From Longimicrobiales bacterium (GTDB lineage: Bacteria; Gemmatimonadota; Gemmatimonadetes; Longimicrobiales; Gaopeijiaceae), in assembly GCA_965219445.1 (NCBI GenBank), contig CBDCNQ010000002.1:256001-320000 (forward strand): a stretch of 64,000 bases of DNA, in the 5' to 3' direction. The notes below the pieces were generated by a model. It worked only from the letters and a program-made list of their open reading frames with translations, did not search any database and was not told where the DNA came from. Each line of letters opens with the position of its first letter. The first letter of the stretch is position 1. This document shows positions 54,243 to 64,000 of this stretch, piece after piece. The translations under genes and the position numbers were made by a program.

Positions 54243-55396
54243 ATCGCTCGGGTCTGAAGCTTTCGGACGGGAGCGCTGACCCCACGATCCTGGTGCTCGC
54301 CGGCGAAGCCTCCGGTGATGAACATGCCGCGCGCCTCGTCGTGGCCCTGAGGGACCGGTGGCCACGGAGTCGGTTCCTCGGCATCGGCGGTGCGCGAATG
54401 AAGGGACAGGGGGTCGAACTACTCGCCGACCTCGACGGGCTGGCCGTCATGGGAGTCGCCGAGGTTTTCCCGCGACTCCCCTATCTTCATCGCCTGAGAC
54501 GGCGGCTCATCTCTCTGTTGGACAGCGGCGTCGTGGATCTCGTGATTCCGGTCGATTACGCGGGCTTCAATCTCCGCATCGCGAGGGCCGCCCGCCGGCG
54601 TGAGCTTCCCGTGCTCTACTATATCGCCCCGAAGGTCTGGGCGTGGGGTGCTGGCCGAGTAAAGAAACTGGCCGCCTATACCAACCGGTTGGCGTTGATT
54701 CTCCCCTTCGAGGTGAAGGCGCTGGAACGGGCCGGGGCGAATGCCACTTTTGTCGGACATCCCCTGATGGAGACGCACGCGCCGGAGCCTGAGCGACAAG
54801 CATTCTGTCGTCGGTGGCGTCTCGACGCCCAACGCCCGATTCTGGCGCTCCTCCCCGGATCCAGGCCCCAGGAGCTACGCCGTCACCTGGCCGTGTTTCT
54901 CGACGCGGGTCGCACGGTCCAGGATCGAGGGGGCGACGTACAGCTCGTATTCGCACGTGCTTCATCGATTCCGTCCTCGGCGTTCCGTACCGTCGGCGTA
55001 CCGGTGGTCGACGACGCTCGAAGCCTTCTCGCTCATTCGGCGGTGGCCCTGGTGAAATCGGGCACTTCAACGCTCGAGGCGGCCCTCGAGGGAACCCCGT
55101 GCGTGACGGCGTACCGAACGCATCCGGTCACGTTTGCCTTGGCGCGTCGCCTCCTACGAGTCGACCACATTGCGTTACCGAACTTGATCGCGGGACGAGA
55201 TGTTGTGCCCGAGGTGCTCCAGAATCAGGCGACCCCGCACCACCTCGCCGACCTTCTCCTGACGCTTCTCCCACCCGACTCTGCCGAGCGAGCCGAGATG
55301 ATTTCCGGCTTTCAAGGAATACGGGCCGCACTCGGCGAACCAGGGGCATCGTCGCGCGTAGCCGAGCTGGCGGTGGATCTTCTGGAGAACACGTGA
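54218..55396 (+). CDS. lpxB: lipid-A-disaccharide synthase
   Basis: AGEASGD, DYAGFN, P.VWAW, LLPGSR, KSGTSTLE. Confidence 0.95.
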   Translation: MVSGLPILNRSGLKLSDGSADPTILVLAGEASGDEHAARLVVALRDRWPRSRFLGIGGARMKGQGVELLADLDGLAVMGVAEVFPRLPYLHRLRRRLISLLDSGVVDLVIPVDYAGFNLRIARAARRRELPVLYYIAPKVWAWGAGRVKKLAAYTNRLALILPFEVKALERAGANATFVGHPLMETHAPEPERQAFCRRWRLDAQRPILALLPGSRPQELRRHLAVFLDAGRTVQDRGGDVQLVFARASSIPSSAFRTVGVPVVDDARSLLAHSAVALVKSGTSTLEAALEGTPCVTAYRTHPVTFALARRLLRVDHIALPNLIAGRDVVPEVLQNQATPHHLADLLLTLLPPDSAERAEMISGFQGIRAALGEPGASSRVAELAVDLLENT

Positions 55397-56064
55397 GACC
55401 CGCGTTGACTCGGGCCGGGCCCGCCGTGGTGGGCCTCACGGGCCGATATGCACTGAAGGCTCTTTTTCGTACCCTCCGCGTTCAGAGCACGGGCCAACAC
55501 CACGTGCTGAGTCTCAGGCAAAAGGGTACGCCGGTCATCTTCGTCTTCTGGCATGGTCGAATGTTGCCCTTGGTCCACGTCCATCGTTCCGAGGGCACCG
55601 TCGTACTCGTCAGCGAACATCGTGACGGGGATTACGTCGCAGGGCTTCTGCGTCACTTCGGCTTCGGGACGGTGCGAGGCTCGACTACGCGTGGCGGCGT
55701 ACGGGGATTGAAGGGACTGATCCGCGCAGCTCGTAGAGGACTGGATCTCGCCATTACCCCTGATGGCCCCCGAGGCCCCAACCGTGAGTTGAAGCGCGGC
55801 GCGCTGATCGCCGCACAAATCACGGGCCTCCCACTCGTCCCGGTAGGGGTCGGCGTCACTTCCGCTTGGCGCGCCCGAAGTTGGGACAGGCTCATGGTGC
55901 CCAAGCCATTTTCGACAGTGCGTGTCGCCTACGGTCGCCCCAGTTTCGTCGCGAGACATGCGGACCGGGCCGAAATCGACGATGTGGTCGGGTCGCTCAG
56001 ATCGGGACTGGTCGACCTCGCCGCCCAGGTCGGAGACACCGAGGCCGACACCAATCCCTCGTGA
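55393..56064 (+). CDS. lysophospholipid acyltransferase/DUF374 family protein
   Basis: FWHGRM, SEHRDG, VRGST.RGG, ITPDGPRGP, SWD...VPKPF. Confidence 0.9.
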   Translation: MRPALTRAGPAVVGLTGRYALKALFRTLRVQSTGQHHVLSLRQKGTPVIFVFWHGRMLPLVHVHRSEGTVVLVSEHRDGDYVAGLLRHFGFGTVRGSTTRGGVRGLKGLIRAARRGLDLAITPDGPRGPNRELKRGALIAAQITGLPLVPVGVGVTSAWRARSWDRLMVPKPFSTVRVAYGRPSFVARHADRAEIDDVVGSLRSGLVDLAAQVGDTEADTNPS

Positions 56065-57089
56065 ACCGTCCAAGCGCGTGGCTCAGACGATCGTGGGACG
56101 GACAGAGCGGCCCCTTGGGCCGGATCATGATGGGCCTATTTCTCCCTGCGGAGGCGTTGTACCGAGGGGCCGTCCTTCTCCACAACCGGTGTCATGATCT
56201 CGGTATTCTGCCGGAATCCGAGGGCGGCATCCCTGTCATCTCGATCGGTAACCTCGCGGTCGGGGGGACAGGAAAGACACCGGTCGTGTTGTGGCTCATC
56301 ACGCGCCTCACCTCGATGGGGCACCGGCCCGCCGTAGTAACCCGGGGTTACGGTTCGGACGAGGTTCTGCTGTACGGGTTCCGGAATCCCGGTGTGCCGG
56401 TGGTGGTCCAGAAGTCGAAGGTCCAGGGAGTCGCCAGGGCGGCGAAGGAGGGGGCCACGGTGGCCGTCCTGGACGACGGCTTTCAGCATCGGGCAGCGAA
56501 AAGAGACGTCGACATCGTGCTCCTCGCGGCGGAGCAGGGGGCCGAAGGCCCCTTGCTTCCCCGTGGGCGCTTCAGGGAGCCACTGGGCGCGTTATCACGC
56601 GCCGACGCCGTCGTAATCAGCCGTAAGGTCGCCACCCGGGACGAAGCGTGCGCCGTGGGGCGCCTGGCCCTGGAAACGGCACCCGAGGCTGTTTTGGGGC
56701 AGATCCATCTCGCGGAGGACATTTGGACCGGCTTGGAGGGCGACCCACCGGCGGGAGCAGACGCCGGACCTCCGAGCGGTGATCTCCTAGCCGTATGCAG
56801 CATCGGAGAGCCCGACGGATTCCACAAGATGGTTCGCTCGAAGGCCAGCGGGGCGGTAGAGTGCATGGCCTTCCCGGATCACCACCCGTTTTCCGACAGG
56901 GATGTGCGCCGGATTCTGGAGCAAGCAGCCGGGAGGCCCGTCGTCATCACCGAGAAGGACGCTGTAAAGCTGAGGACGTTTGCGAAAGAAATGCCAAAGA
57001 CATGTGTTCTGCGCCTGCGGGTTGCGTGGGACTTCGGACAGGACGCCGTCATGGAACTCATTCGGCGAGCCCTGGATAAAGGCCCATGA
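56061..57089 (+). CDS. lpxK: tetraacyldisaccharide 4'-kinase
   Basis: GNLAVGGTGKTP, LDDGFQH, TEKDAVK. Confidence 0.95.
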   Translation: MNRPSAWLRRSWDGQSGPLGRIMMGLFLPAEALYRGAVLLHNRCHDLGILPESEGGIPVISIGNLAVGGTGKTPVVLWLITRLTSMGHRPAVVTRGYGSDEVLLYGFRNPGVPVVVQKSKVQGVARAAKEGATVAVLDDGFQHRAAKRDVDIVLLAAEQGAEGPLLPRGRFREPLGALSRADAVVISRKVATRDEACAVGRLALETAPEAVLGQIHLAEDIWTGLEGDPPAGADAGPPSGDLLAVCSIGEPDGFHKMVRSKASGAVECMAFPDHHPFSDRDVRRILEQAAGRPVVITEKDAVKLRTFAKEMPKTCVLRLRVAWDFGQDAVMELIRRALDKGP

Positions 57090-57607
57090 AGATCACGGCC
57101 ATCGTCGTCGGGCCGGCTGGCGCTCCCTTTAAGGATGCCATACTCGAATACGAAAGACGGGCGGGACGGTATTGGAAGTTCAATGTGATCGAGGTAGCGT
57201 CGGGTGGGGGGGGGAAAGCGAAGGCCCACCCGGATCGTGTGATCGAAGCGGAAGAGACTCTTCTTCTCGCTCGACTCCCGGAGGACGCACAGATCGTCGC
57301 GCTTACGCGCACGGGCCGAGGTATGAGCTCGGCGGAGCTGGCCGGCTACCTCCAGGATCATGCGCTCCATGCGACCGCGGACGTGTGTTTCGTCGTTGGA
57401 GGAGCATTCGGCCTCGGCGCTGGTATCCTGGACCGCGCGCAAAGACGGTGGTCCCTTTCCGACTGTACGCTTCCGCATGAGCTGGCCCGACTCGTGTTGG
57501 CCGAGCAGTTGTATAGGGCCGGGACCATTGTCAAGAATGAACCCTACCACAAAGGACCGTCATCGACGAGCCAGCGGGTACGGTCGCCGAAGGGCCATCG
57601 TGCATAG
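57086..57607 (+). CDS. rlmH: 23S rRNA m3Psi1915 methyltransferase
   Basis: FVVGGAFG, TLPHELARLVLAEQLYRA, PYHK. Confidence 0.95.
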   Translation: MKITAIVVGPAGAPFKDAILEYERRAGRYWKFNVIEVASGGGGKAKAHPDRVIEAEETLLLARLPEDAQIVALTRTGRGMSSAELAGYLQDHALHATADVCFVVGGAFGLGAGILDRAQRRWSLSDCTLPHELARLVLAEQLYRAGTIVKNEPYHKGPSSTSQRVRSPKGHRA

Positions 57608-57643
57608 GATCTGGATCTGGAGGACCGACTGAACCTCGAGCTA

Positions 57644-59230
57644 TTGATAGGACGACCCTCGGGCACACCCCTGTTTGAGGAATACCTGCGCGGGGGCGGG
57701 GCGGTGGCTTCCTTCTACTCGGGGTCCTGGCAGGACCCGAAGGCCTATCGTGCCCTCTTGGATAGAGTCGACGAACGCTTCGATTCGGATGCCCGACGAC
57801 GAGCCCTCGAGGCACTGAGGGTCCCGGAGAGCATCGACCAGGGGCGGCTCGAGCGATGGATCGCGGAACGCGGTGTCGTGGTCACGACTGGCCAGCAGCC
57901 GGGACTCCTGGGAGGCCCTCTCTATTCACTCTACAAGGGCATCTCGGCGGTTCGCCTGGCGGAGCAGCTCGAGGAGTTGCTGGCCCGGCCCGTGCTCCCC
58001 GTTTTCTGGGTGGCTTCGGAGGATCATGACTGGGATGAGGCGGACCACACGTACCTCATCGGCACGGAAAACGAACTGGTCCGTCTTCAGGTGGCCGATC
58101 CGGGCCACGCCCACCGGGCTCTGCACCGTATTTCACTCGGCGAGGAGTTGACGGATGTGGTCGAGCAGGCCGTGCAAAACCTTCCGTCAACAGATTTCAG
58201 CGCTCGCTACGTCGACCAGCTTCGTGAGGCCTACAAGCCGGGGACAACCCTTGCGGATGGTTTCGCCGGGATTCTCTCCGACCTCTTGGCGCCGCTGGGT
58301 ATGTGCTTCGCCGACGCGGCGGCGCCCGCCGTCAAGGAGCTCTCGGGACCACTCCTGTTAGCGGAGCTCGATCGAGCCGAGGCGCATGAGGCCCTGCTCC
58401 GGGAGAATGCGGACAAGCTCGAAAGCGCCGGCTTTTCCCCGCAGGTGCCCATCTTGGAGGGCGCGGTCAATCTCTTCCTGGAGGGTCCCGAGGGACGGGA
58501 GCGGATCTACCGGAACGGGAACGACTTCGAGCTTCGCCGTTCCCATGAGTCGGTGTCGTCAGTGGAGGTACGTGAGCGTGTCCAATCCGATCCACTCACG
58601 CTGAGTCCGAATGTACTCCTCCGGCCCGTGGTCGAGAGTACGATTTTTCCCGTGATCAGCTACGTGGCCGGTCCCGGCGAGGCCGCTTATTACGCGCAGA
58701 TCAAGAGGCTCTTCGAGGCCCACGGACTCGTGATGCCGGTGATCTACCCCCGCCATGCCGTAACGGTGGTCGAGGCCAAGGTCCGAAAGAAGCTCGACAA
58801 GTTCGGCTTGGATGTGGAGAGCCTTCAACGTCCCCTGCACGAGATCGTGTCCGATATCGCGCGGGAGGAAGTGCCGGAGGTTGTACAGCGAACTCTCGCG
58901 GAACTCAAGAGCTCGGTGGCTCGGGGTTCGGATGATCTTCTCAAAGCCGCGACAGGCATCGATCCCACGCTGGAGGGTCCGGTCACGAACGCCCGAAACA
59001 ATGCCCTTGCCGCTTTTCAGGCCGCGGAACGAAAGATCTTACAGAGCGTAAAGCGGGAGAATGAAGTCGCGTCGAGTCAGCTCGAGGTGGCGCAACGCCA
59101 CCTCTTTCCGGACGGGCAGCCCCAGGAGCGCATGCTAACGCCCTTTTACTACCTGACTCGCTACGGGAGCGACTTTGTGGCATCCCTCGCCGAGAGGTTT
59201 ACGGTGGATTTGGATGACGAGACGGAGTAG
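57644..59230 (+). CDS. bshC: bacillithiol biosynthesis cysteine-adding enzyme
   Basis: VTTGQQPGL.GGPLY..YK, FWVASEDHD..E, SPNVLLRP, YVAGPGE, PQER. Confidence 0.93.
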   Translation: MIGRPSGTPLFEEYLRGGGAVASFYSGSWQDPKAYRALLDRVDERFDSDARRRALEALRVPESIDQGRLERWIAERGVVVTTGQQPGLLGGPLYSLYKGISAVRLAEQLEELLARPVLPVFWVASEDHDWDEADHTYLIGTENELVRLQVADPGHAHRALHRISLGEELTDVVEQAVQNLPSTDFSARYVDQLREAYKPGTTLADGFAGILSDLLAPLGMCFADAAAPAVKELSGPLLLAELDRAEAHEALLRENADKLESAGFSPQVPILEGAVNLFLEGPEGRERIYRNGNDFELRRSHESVSSVEVRERVQSDPLTLSPNVLLRPVVESTIFPVISYVAGPGEAAYYAQIKRLFEAHGLVMPVIYPRHAVTVVEAKVRKKLDKFGLDVESLQRPLHEIVSDIAREEVPEVVQRTLAELKSSVARGSDDLLKAATGIDPTLEGPVTNARNNALAAFQAAERKILQSVKRENEVASSQLEVAQRHLFPDGQPQERMLTPFYYLTRYGSDFVASLAERFTVDLDDETE

Positions 59231-59241
59231 CTTCAGACATC

Positions 59242-59520
59242 ATGATTTCGATGATCTTTCTCCTCGTCCTCCTGATCCCGATTTTGGCGATCGTGCTGGA
59301 TTCCCCGGTGGGGCGAGCCCTCGCCGGACGCATGGAGCGTCGCGGGCTCCCCTCCGGATCTGACGACCTGACCTCCGAAAGGCTCGCTTACTTGGAGGGA
59401 GAGGTGGAGCGGCTGACCACTGAGGTGCGGAGGCTCGAGGAGGAGACCCAGTTCCTGAACAAGCTCCTCACCGCGCGGCCCGCCTCGCAGGTGCTCCCGC
59501 CCGGTGACCAGAGCCGTTAG
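59242..59520 (+). CDS. small membrane protein with coiled coil
   Basis: N-terminal TM helix, RLEEETQFLNKLL. Confidence 0.7.
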   Translation: MISMIFLLVLLIPILAIVLDSPVGRALAGRMERRGLPSGSDDLTSERLAYLEGEVERLTTEVRRLEEETQFLNKLLTARPASQVLPPGDQSR

Positions 59521-61153
59521 CCCCCCCTCCAGAGCCGCCGAACGCTCCCGCGCTGCCTTCACGGTGGGCGCGGGCATTTTTTTCAGCCGTATCAGCGGGT
59601 TCGTCCGAAGCGTGCTGCTGGCCTCGTTCTTCGGAGCGTCAGGTCTGATGGACGTCTGGGTCGCGGCGACGAAGATCCCCAACGTGATTCAGAATCTTCT
59701 AGGAGAGGGGACACTCAGCGCCTCCGTGATTCCCGTGTACGCGGAATTTCTGGAAGAGGGGCGAGAGGAAGAGGCCGGCCGATTCGCCGGAGCCGTTCTC
59801 GGCATCCTCATGGTGGTGGCGGGAGGAGCCGCGCTCCTGGGGATGCTCTTGGCGCCTGTTTTCGTGCCGATTGCATTCTTCAGGTGGGACCCGGAAAAGC
59901 TGGCGCTCACCACGATCATCGTTCAGATCCTGTTTCCGATGACCGCCGTGCTCGTGGTGTCGGCATGGGCACTTGCGATCCTCAACAGCCATCGCCGGTT
60001 CCTGGCGTCGTATCTGGCTCCGGTCGCGTGGAACGGTGCGATCATCGCAACCCTAGTGGTGGTGGGGCTCGGCTTCGGCTGGTCCGGGCGTCAATTGCTT
60101 CTCGCGGCGGCCTGGGGTGCTCTGGGGGGCGGGATTCTCCAGTTTACGGTGCAGCTCCCGTACGTGGTGCCGCTCCTCGAGCACTTCCGTCTTTCCCTGG
60201 ACCGGAGCGTGAGCGGGGTGGGGGAGGCCGTCCGAAATTTCGTGCCCGTCGTGTCGGCCCGCGGCGTGGTCAACATCGGCAGCCTGCTCGACGTCATCGT
60301 CGCCGGGCTCCTCGCAGAGGGAGCACTGGCCGCTCTCGGATATGCCCAGATGCTGTACCTGCTCCCGATTTCCCTTTTCGGGATGGCCATCGCCGCCTCC
60401 GAGCTGCCTGAACTTTCCCGGCAGCGAAAGGCCCCCGCCAGCGAGGTCGCCTTACAGGTCTCAGCGGCCCTCGAGCGGATCCATTTCCTCCTTCTACCCT
60501 CCGTCGCCGCCTTCCTTCTGCTGGGCGACCTGTTTATCGGGGGCCTCTATCAAAGGGGCGAATTTCGGACCACCGACACGCCGGTCGTGTACGCCGTGCT
60601 CGCCGCGTATGCGCTGGGTCTCCTCGCGTCTTCAGGGTCACGGGTCCTATCCTCCGCTTTCTATGCGATGCGAGACACCCGGACTCCCGCTCGGATGGCC
60701 TATCTCCGCGTGGTTGTCTCCTTGGCCGTCGGCATCTCCCTGATGTTTCCGCTCGACCGGTTCGCCTCCGGCCAACTCCACTACGGAGCCACCGGTCTCG
60801 CACTGGGCGCGTCCGTCGCCGCGTGGCTGGAATACGCCCTGCTGAGGAGGCATCTGGCGAGGGTGCTCGGACCGCATGGCCCCGCCCGGTCCGTCAGCCG
60901 TCGTATTTTGGGAGCGACCGCCCTCGCGACACTCGCCGGAGCAGGCTCCAAGTGGATTTTGGGATCGACCGTGCCCCTTCATGACGGAGTGATCATGGGA
61001 TTCTTCGGTGATTCCTTGCTCTGGCTCGTACAGCCTGCGCTGGCAGCGAGTACCGCCTTCGTGTTTGGTGTCGTATACCTCATTGTGACCGCCCGTTTCG
61101 GTGTCGGCGCACCGCTCCACCAGCTCTTGGGGCGGGAACCCGAGCACTTCTGA
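59504..61153 (+). CDS. murJ: lipid II flippase MurJ
   Basis: SRISGFVR, PNVIQNLLGEGTLSAS, FYAMRDTRTP. Confidence 0.94.
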   Translation: MTRAVSPPSRAAERSRAAFTVGAGIFFSRISGFVRSVLLASFFGASGLMDVWVAATKIPNVIQNLLGEGTLSASVIPVYAEFLEEGREEEAGRFAGAVLGILMVVAGGAALLGMLLAPVFVPIAFFRWDPEKLALTTIIVQILFPMTAVLVVSAWALAILNSHRRFLASYLAPVAWNGAIIATLVVVGLGFGWSGRQLLLAAAWGALGGGILQFTVQLPYVVPLLEHFRLSLDRSVSGVGEAVRNFVPVVSARGVVNIGSLLDVIVAGLLAEGALAALGYAQMLYLLPISLFGMAIAASELPELSRQRKAPASEVALQVSAALERIHFLLLPSVAAFLLLGDLFIGGLYQRGEFRTTDTPVVYAVLAAYALGLLASSGSRVLSSAFYAMRDTRTPARMAYLRVVVSLAVGISLMFPLDRFASGQLHYGATGLALGASVAAWLEYALLRRHLARVLGPHGPARSVSRRILGATALATLAGAGSKWILGSTVPLHDGVIMGFFGDSLLWLVQPALAASTAFVFGVVYLIVTARFGVGAPLHQLLGREPEHF

Positions 61154-63002
61154 GGATCCGGCAGTGGTCCAACTCGTGCTTCAGGATCAGCTCAAGAATC
61201 TACCCACCCGCTCCGGCGTGTACTTGTTCAAGGGGGCCGGGAGCGAGGTCGTCTACGTCGGGAAGGCCGGCTCACTGCGACCCCGGGTACGGAGCTATTT
61301 CAGCGCCTCCAGCCAGTCACCGAAGACGCGAGAGATGATGCGGCACGTCGTGTCATTGGAGACCATCGTCGTGGGCTCGGAGGCGGAAGCCTTGATCCTC
61401 GAAGCCAACCTGATCAAGGAGTATCAGCCGCGCTTCAACATTCAGCTCCGCGACGACAAACGGTACCCCTATATCAAGGTCACCACGAAGGAGCCGTTTC
61501 CGAGGGTCTTCGTGACCCGGAAGCTTCACGACGACGGGTCCAGGTATTTCGGACCGTACACGTCGGTAGGAGTGATGCGTGAGGCCCTCGAGGTCATCAA
61601 GCGGCTCTATACGGTCCGCTCCTGCAGTTACGATCTTCCCCGAGAGGCGCCGGAACGTGCCTGCCTGGACTACCATATCGGACGGTGCCTCGCCCCATGC
61701 GTCGGTTTACAGGACCAGGCCTCGTATGGGGAGATGATCAGGGAGATCCTCAAGATCCTGGACGGCGACACCGAGGGCGTGCGCAATCGGGTCGAGGGCC
61801 TCATGCAGGAGGCCTCGGAGGGTCTGGAATTCGAGCGCGCCGGCCGTCTTCGCGACGTCCTGTCCGGGCTCGACGCCTTGGCACGTCAGCAGCGCGTGGA
61901 GCGACTCAGGGGAGGGGATTATGACGTCGTAGGTCTGGCCCGCGACGGTGACCTGGCCGCCACCGTCGTCCTGAGAATCAGATCGGGGGTACTCCTGGGC
62001 CGCGACACGCAGAGATTTGCGAACGTCGGCGACGAGACCGATGCCTCCTTGATCACCACGTTCGCGTCCCGGTATTACCTGAGCAGTGGGACGAGAGGGA
62101 CCCGCCGAGGGTCGCATCTCCCTCGGGAGATTCTGATCCCGGCGGAATTCGACGATAGAGAGTTGATCGAGGAAATCTTGTCCGACGAGGCGGGGAGAAA
62201 GCTCCGCGTCTATGCCCCGAAAAAGGGGACGAAGGCACGGCTGTCCGAACTCGCGGCCGACAATGCACGCCACGCCCTCGAGGACCGCCTCACCGCGCTG
62301 GAGCAGGTCGAAGACCGGGCCGACAGCGTGCTTTACGATCTACGGGACCGCCTCGATCTGAAGATCGTCCCCCGTCTCATCGTCTGTGTCGATATCAGTC
62401 ATCATCAGGGATCTGAGACCGTGGGAAGCGCGATCGTATTCGAGAATGGCGCACCTAAGAAGAGCGAGTACCGGCATATGCGCGTCAAGGGAGAGTGGGG
62501 GAACGACGACTACCGCTCTATGGCGGAAGTCGTTTCCAGATATTTTCGGCGCAGGGTGGATGAGGAACGGCCCATCCCCGATCTTCTCGTCGTCGACGGC
62601 GGAAAGGGTCAACTCGGCGCCGCCCGGGGCGCACTCGAGGAACTCGGCGTGACCGATGTCGCCCTCGCGGCGTTGGCAAAACGAGAAGAGGTCATCTTCC
62701 GCCCCGATCGATCCGATCCCATCCGTCTCGGACCAAAGAATCCCGCCCTCCATCTCCTGCAGAGACTCCGTGATGAGGCTCATCGATTTGCCGTGTCCTA
62801 CAACCGTAAATTGAGGAGCAAGCGAACCCTGCGAAGTGATCTCTCTCAAATCCCCGGGATTGGCCCCGAACGGCAGAAACTCCTGCTCTCACGTTTTGGG
62901 TCGGTACGTGGCGTACGGGGGGCTACGGCGCAGGAAATAGCACGACTTCCCGGAATCAGCGAGACGCTTTCAGTGCGGATACTCACCTACCTGGGAAACT
63001 GA
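61101..63002 (+). CDS. uvrC: excinuclease ABC subunit C (start probably ~61164)
   Basis: GVYLFK...YVGKA, DDKRYPYI, DISH, VDGGKGQL, RDEAHRFA, HhH. Confidence 0.97.
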   Translation: MSAHRSTSSWGGNPSTSEDPAVVQLVLQDQLKNLPTRSGVYLFKGAGSEVVYVGKAGSLRPRVRSYFSASSQSPKTREMMRHVVSLETIVVGSEAEALILEANLIKEYQPRFNIQLRDDKRYPYIKVTTKEPFPRVFVTRKLHDDGSRYFGPYTSVGVMREALEVIKRLYTVRSCSYDLPREAPERACLDYHIGRCLAPCVGLQDQASYGEMIREILKILDGDTEGVRNRVEGLMQEASEGLEFERAGRLRDVLSGLDALARQQRVERLRGGDYDVVGLARDGDLAATVVLRIRSGVLLGRDTQRFANVGDETDASLITTFASRYYLSSGTRGTRRGSHLPREILIPAEFDDRELIEEILSDEAGRKLRVYAPKKGTKARLSELAADNARHALEDRLTALEQVEDRADSVLYDLRDRLDLKIVPRLIVCVDISHHQGSETVGSAIVFENGAPKKSEYRHMRVKGEWGNDDYRSMAEVVSRYFRRRVDEERPIPDLLVVDGGKGQLGAARGALEELGVTDVALAALAKREEVIFRPDRSDPIRLGPKNPALHLLQRLRDEAHRFAVSYNRKLRSKRTLRSDLSQIPGIGPERQKLLLSRFGSVRGVRGATAQEIARLPGISETLSVRILTYLGN

Positions 63003-63167
63003 GCGCCAGTGCGTGTCCCAGGACACCACACTAGAAAAGTTCAAACGAAGTGAACCCTGGCAGGTGTTTTGCTGTATGTTGTAGAGAATCTCCGCCCTGA
63101 TCGAGGCGGTTTCACGGCAGACCGCGCTCGTTCGCGGGCCGCATCACACGTTTCAGGAGAAAATCGG

Positions 63168-64000
63168 ATGTACTTCGGGGCCAGGATGCTCATCCTCACG
63201 GCGGGCGCCGCATTGATGCCTCACTTCGCCGAGGCGCAGGAGCCGCGCACGAGTCGGTATACTGCGATATCTGCGTTGCGGATCCAGGAGGCGCGGGGCG
63301 TGGAGAGCGACTCGCTCCGCGCGGAAGCTTGGGCTGAGGCGCTCCAGACCGTCTACGATGGTCTCCTCAGGGAGATCGACAATCCCGAGGCTTATCTGCA
63401 TCTGGGAATAGTTCACGCCGAGCTCAACCACTACTTAGCGGCGGATAGTGCGTTCGATCAGGCCGAGGCGATGTACCCGGAGTACGTGAACGAAGACGCG
63501 GGGACCACCTCATACCGCTTTAACGGATGGGTCGCAGCCTACAACGATGCGACCGCCTTGTTGGATGCGCAGGATCCCGAAGGGGCGGTAGAGATGTTCA
63601 GGGTCGCGAACATGCTTTTCGATAAGCGTCCCGAAGCGTACCTGAACGTTGGGGCCCAGCTGGTCGGTCTGAATGACCTCGATGGGAGCATCGAGGCTTG
63701 GCAAAGTGCCATCGCCGTAATGGAATCTCCTGACGCCGACCCCGGAGATGAAGCGACCCGCGTGGCGTGGGACACAAACTTATGGACGATGGCTTATACC
63801 AACCTTGGGCGAGTCCTCCAGATGGCTGAACGTACCGAGGAAGCCATTACCGTCTACCAGGCACTACTCGAACGCTATCCGGACAACGGGGAAGCGCGCA
63901 GTTCTCTGGCCGTGATGCTCGCTGCCTCTGGCCAGGGGGATGACGCGCTTGCGATCTTCGATCAAATCCTCGAGAGTGAAAACGGAACCCCTCTCGATTA
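63168..64000 (+). CDS. exported tetratricopeptide-repeat protein, runs off the window
   Basis: RBS AGGAG, MYFGARMLIL signal-like start, NPEAYLHLG / RPEAYLNVG / AYTNLG repeats. Confidence 0.8.
   Translation, partial: MYFGARMLILTAGAALMPHFAEAQEPRTSRYTAISALRIQEARGVESDSLRAEAWAEALQTVYDGLLREIDNPEAYLHLGIVHAELNHYLAADSAFDQAEAMYPEYVNEDAGTTSYRFNGWVAAYNDATALLDAQDPEGAVEMFRVANMLFDKRPEAYLNVGAQLVGLNDLDGSIEAWQSAIAVMESPDADPGDEATRVAWDTNLWTMAYTNLGRVLQMAERTEEAITVYQALLERYPDNGEARSSLAVMLAASGQGDDALAIFDQILESENGTPLD

Overview
High-GC bacterial chromosomal window, most likely Gemmatimonadota (inferred from the 16S and the era-rnr-prfB-lysS-lolCD-mcsAB-clpC-bamA-lpx-bshC-murJ-uvrC gene order; not checked against a database). 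It has four zones. (1) 1-19.9 kb: decayed mobile-element region (IS3, IS256 and IS481 remnants, collapsed small-plasmid-like rep/mob stubs, AlpA, tRNA-Pro, a 5'-truncated IetS-like S8 peptidase) surrounding an intact SusC/SusD plus PLP-decarboxylase block. (2) 20.1-26.9 kb: tRNA-His and a 16S-23S-5S operon. The 23S carries two group I introns at L1917 and L1951, separated by a 34-nt exon; the L1951 intron encodes a LAGLIDADG homing endonuclease. (3) 27-32.2 kb: an integrase-less integron cassette array. (4) 32.3-64 kb: housekeeping and envelope operon. The strongest signal is two different IS110/IS1111-type recombinase elements whose 3' non-coding regions contain directly readable bridge-RNA-like guide loops matching their own insertion sites. 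One appears programmed for the terminal inverted repeat of an IS256 element. The other (two near-identical copies) is programmed for integron attC sites. Several single-base frameshifts may be sequencing errors.
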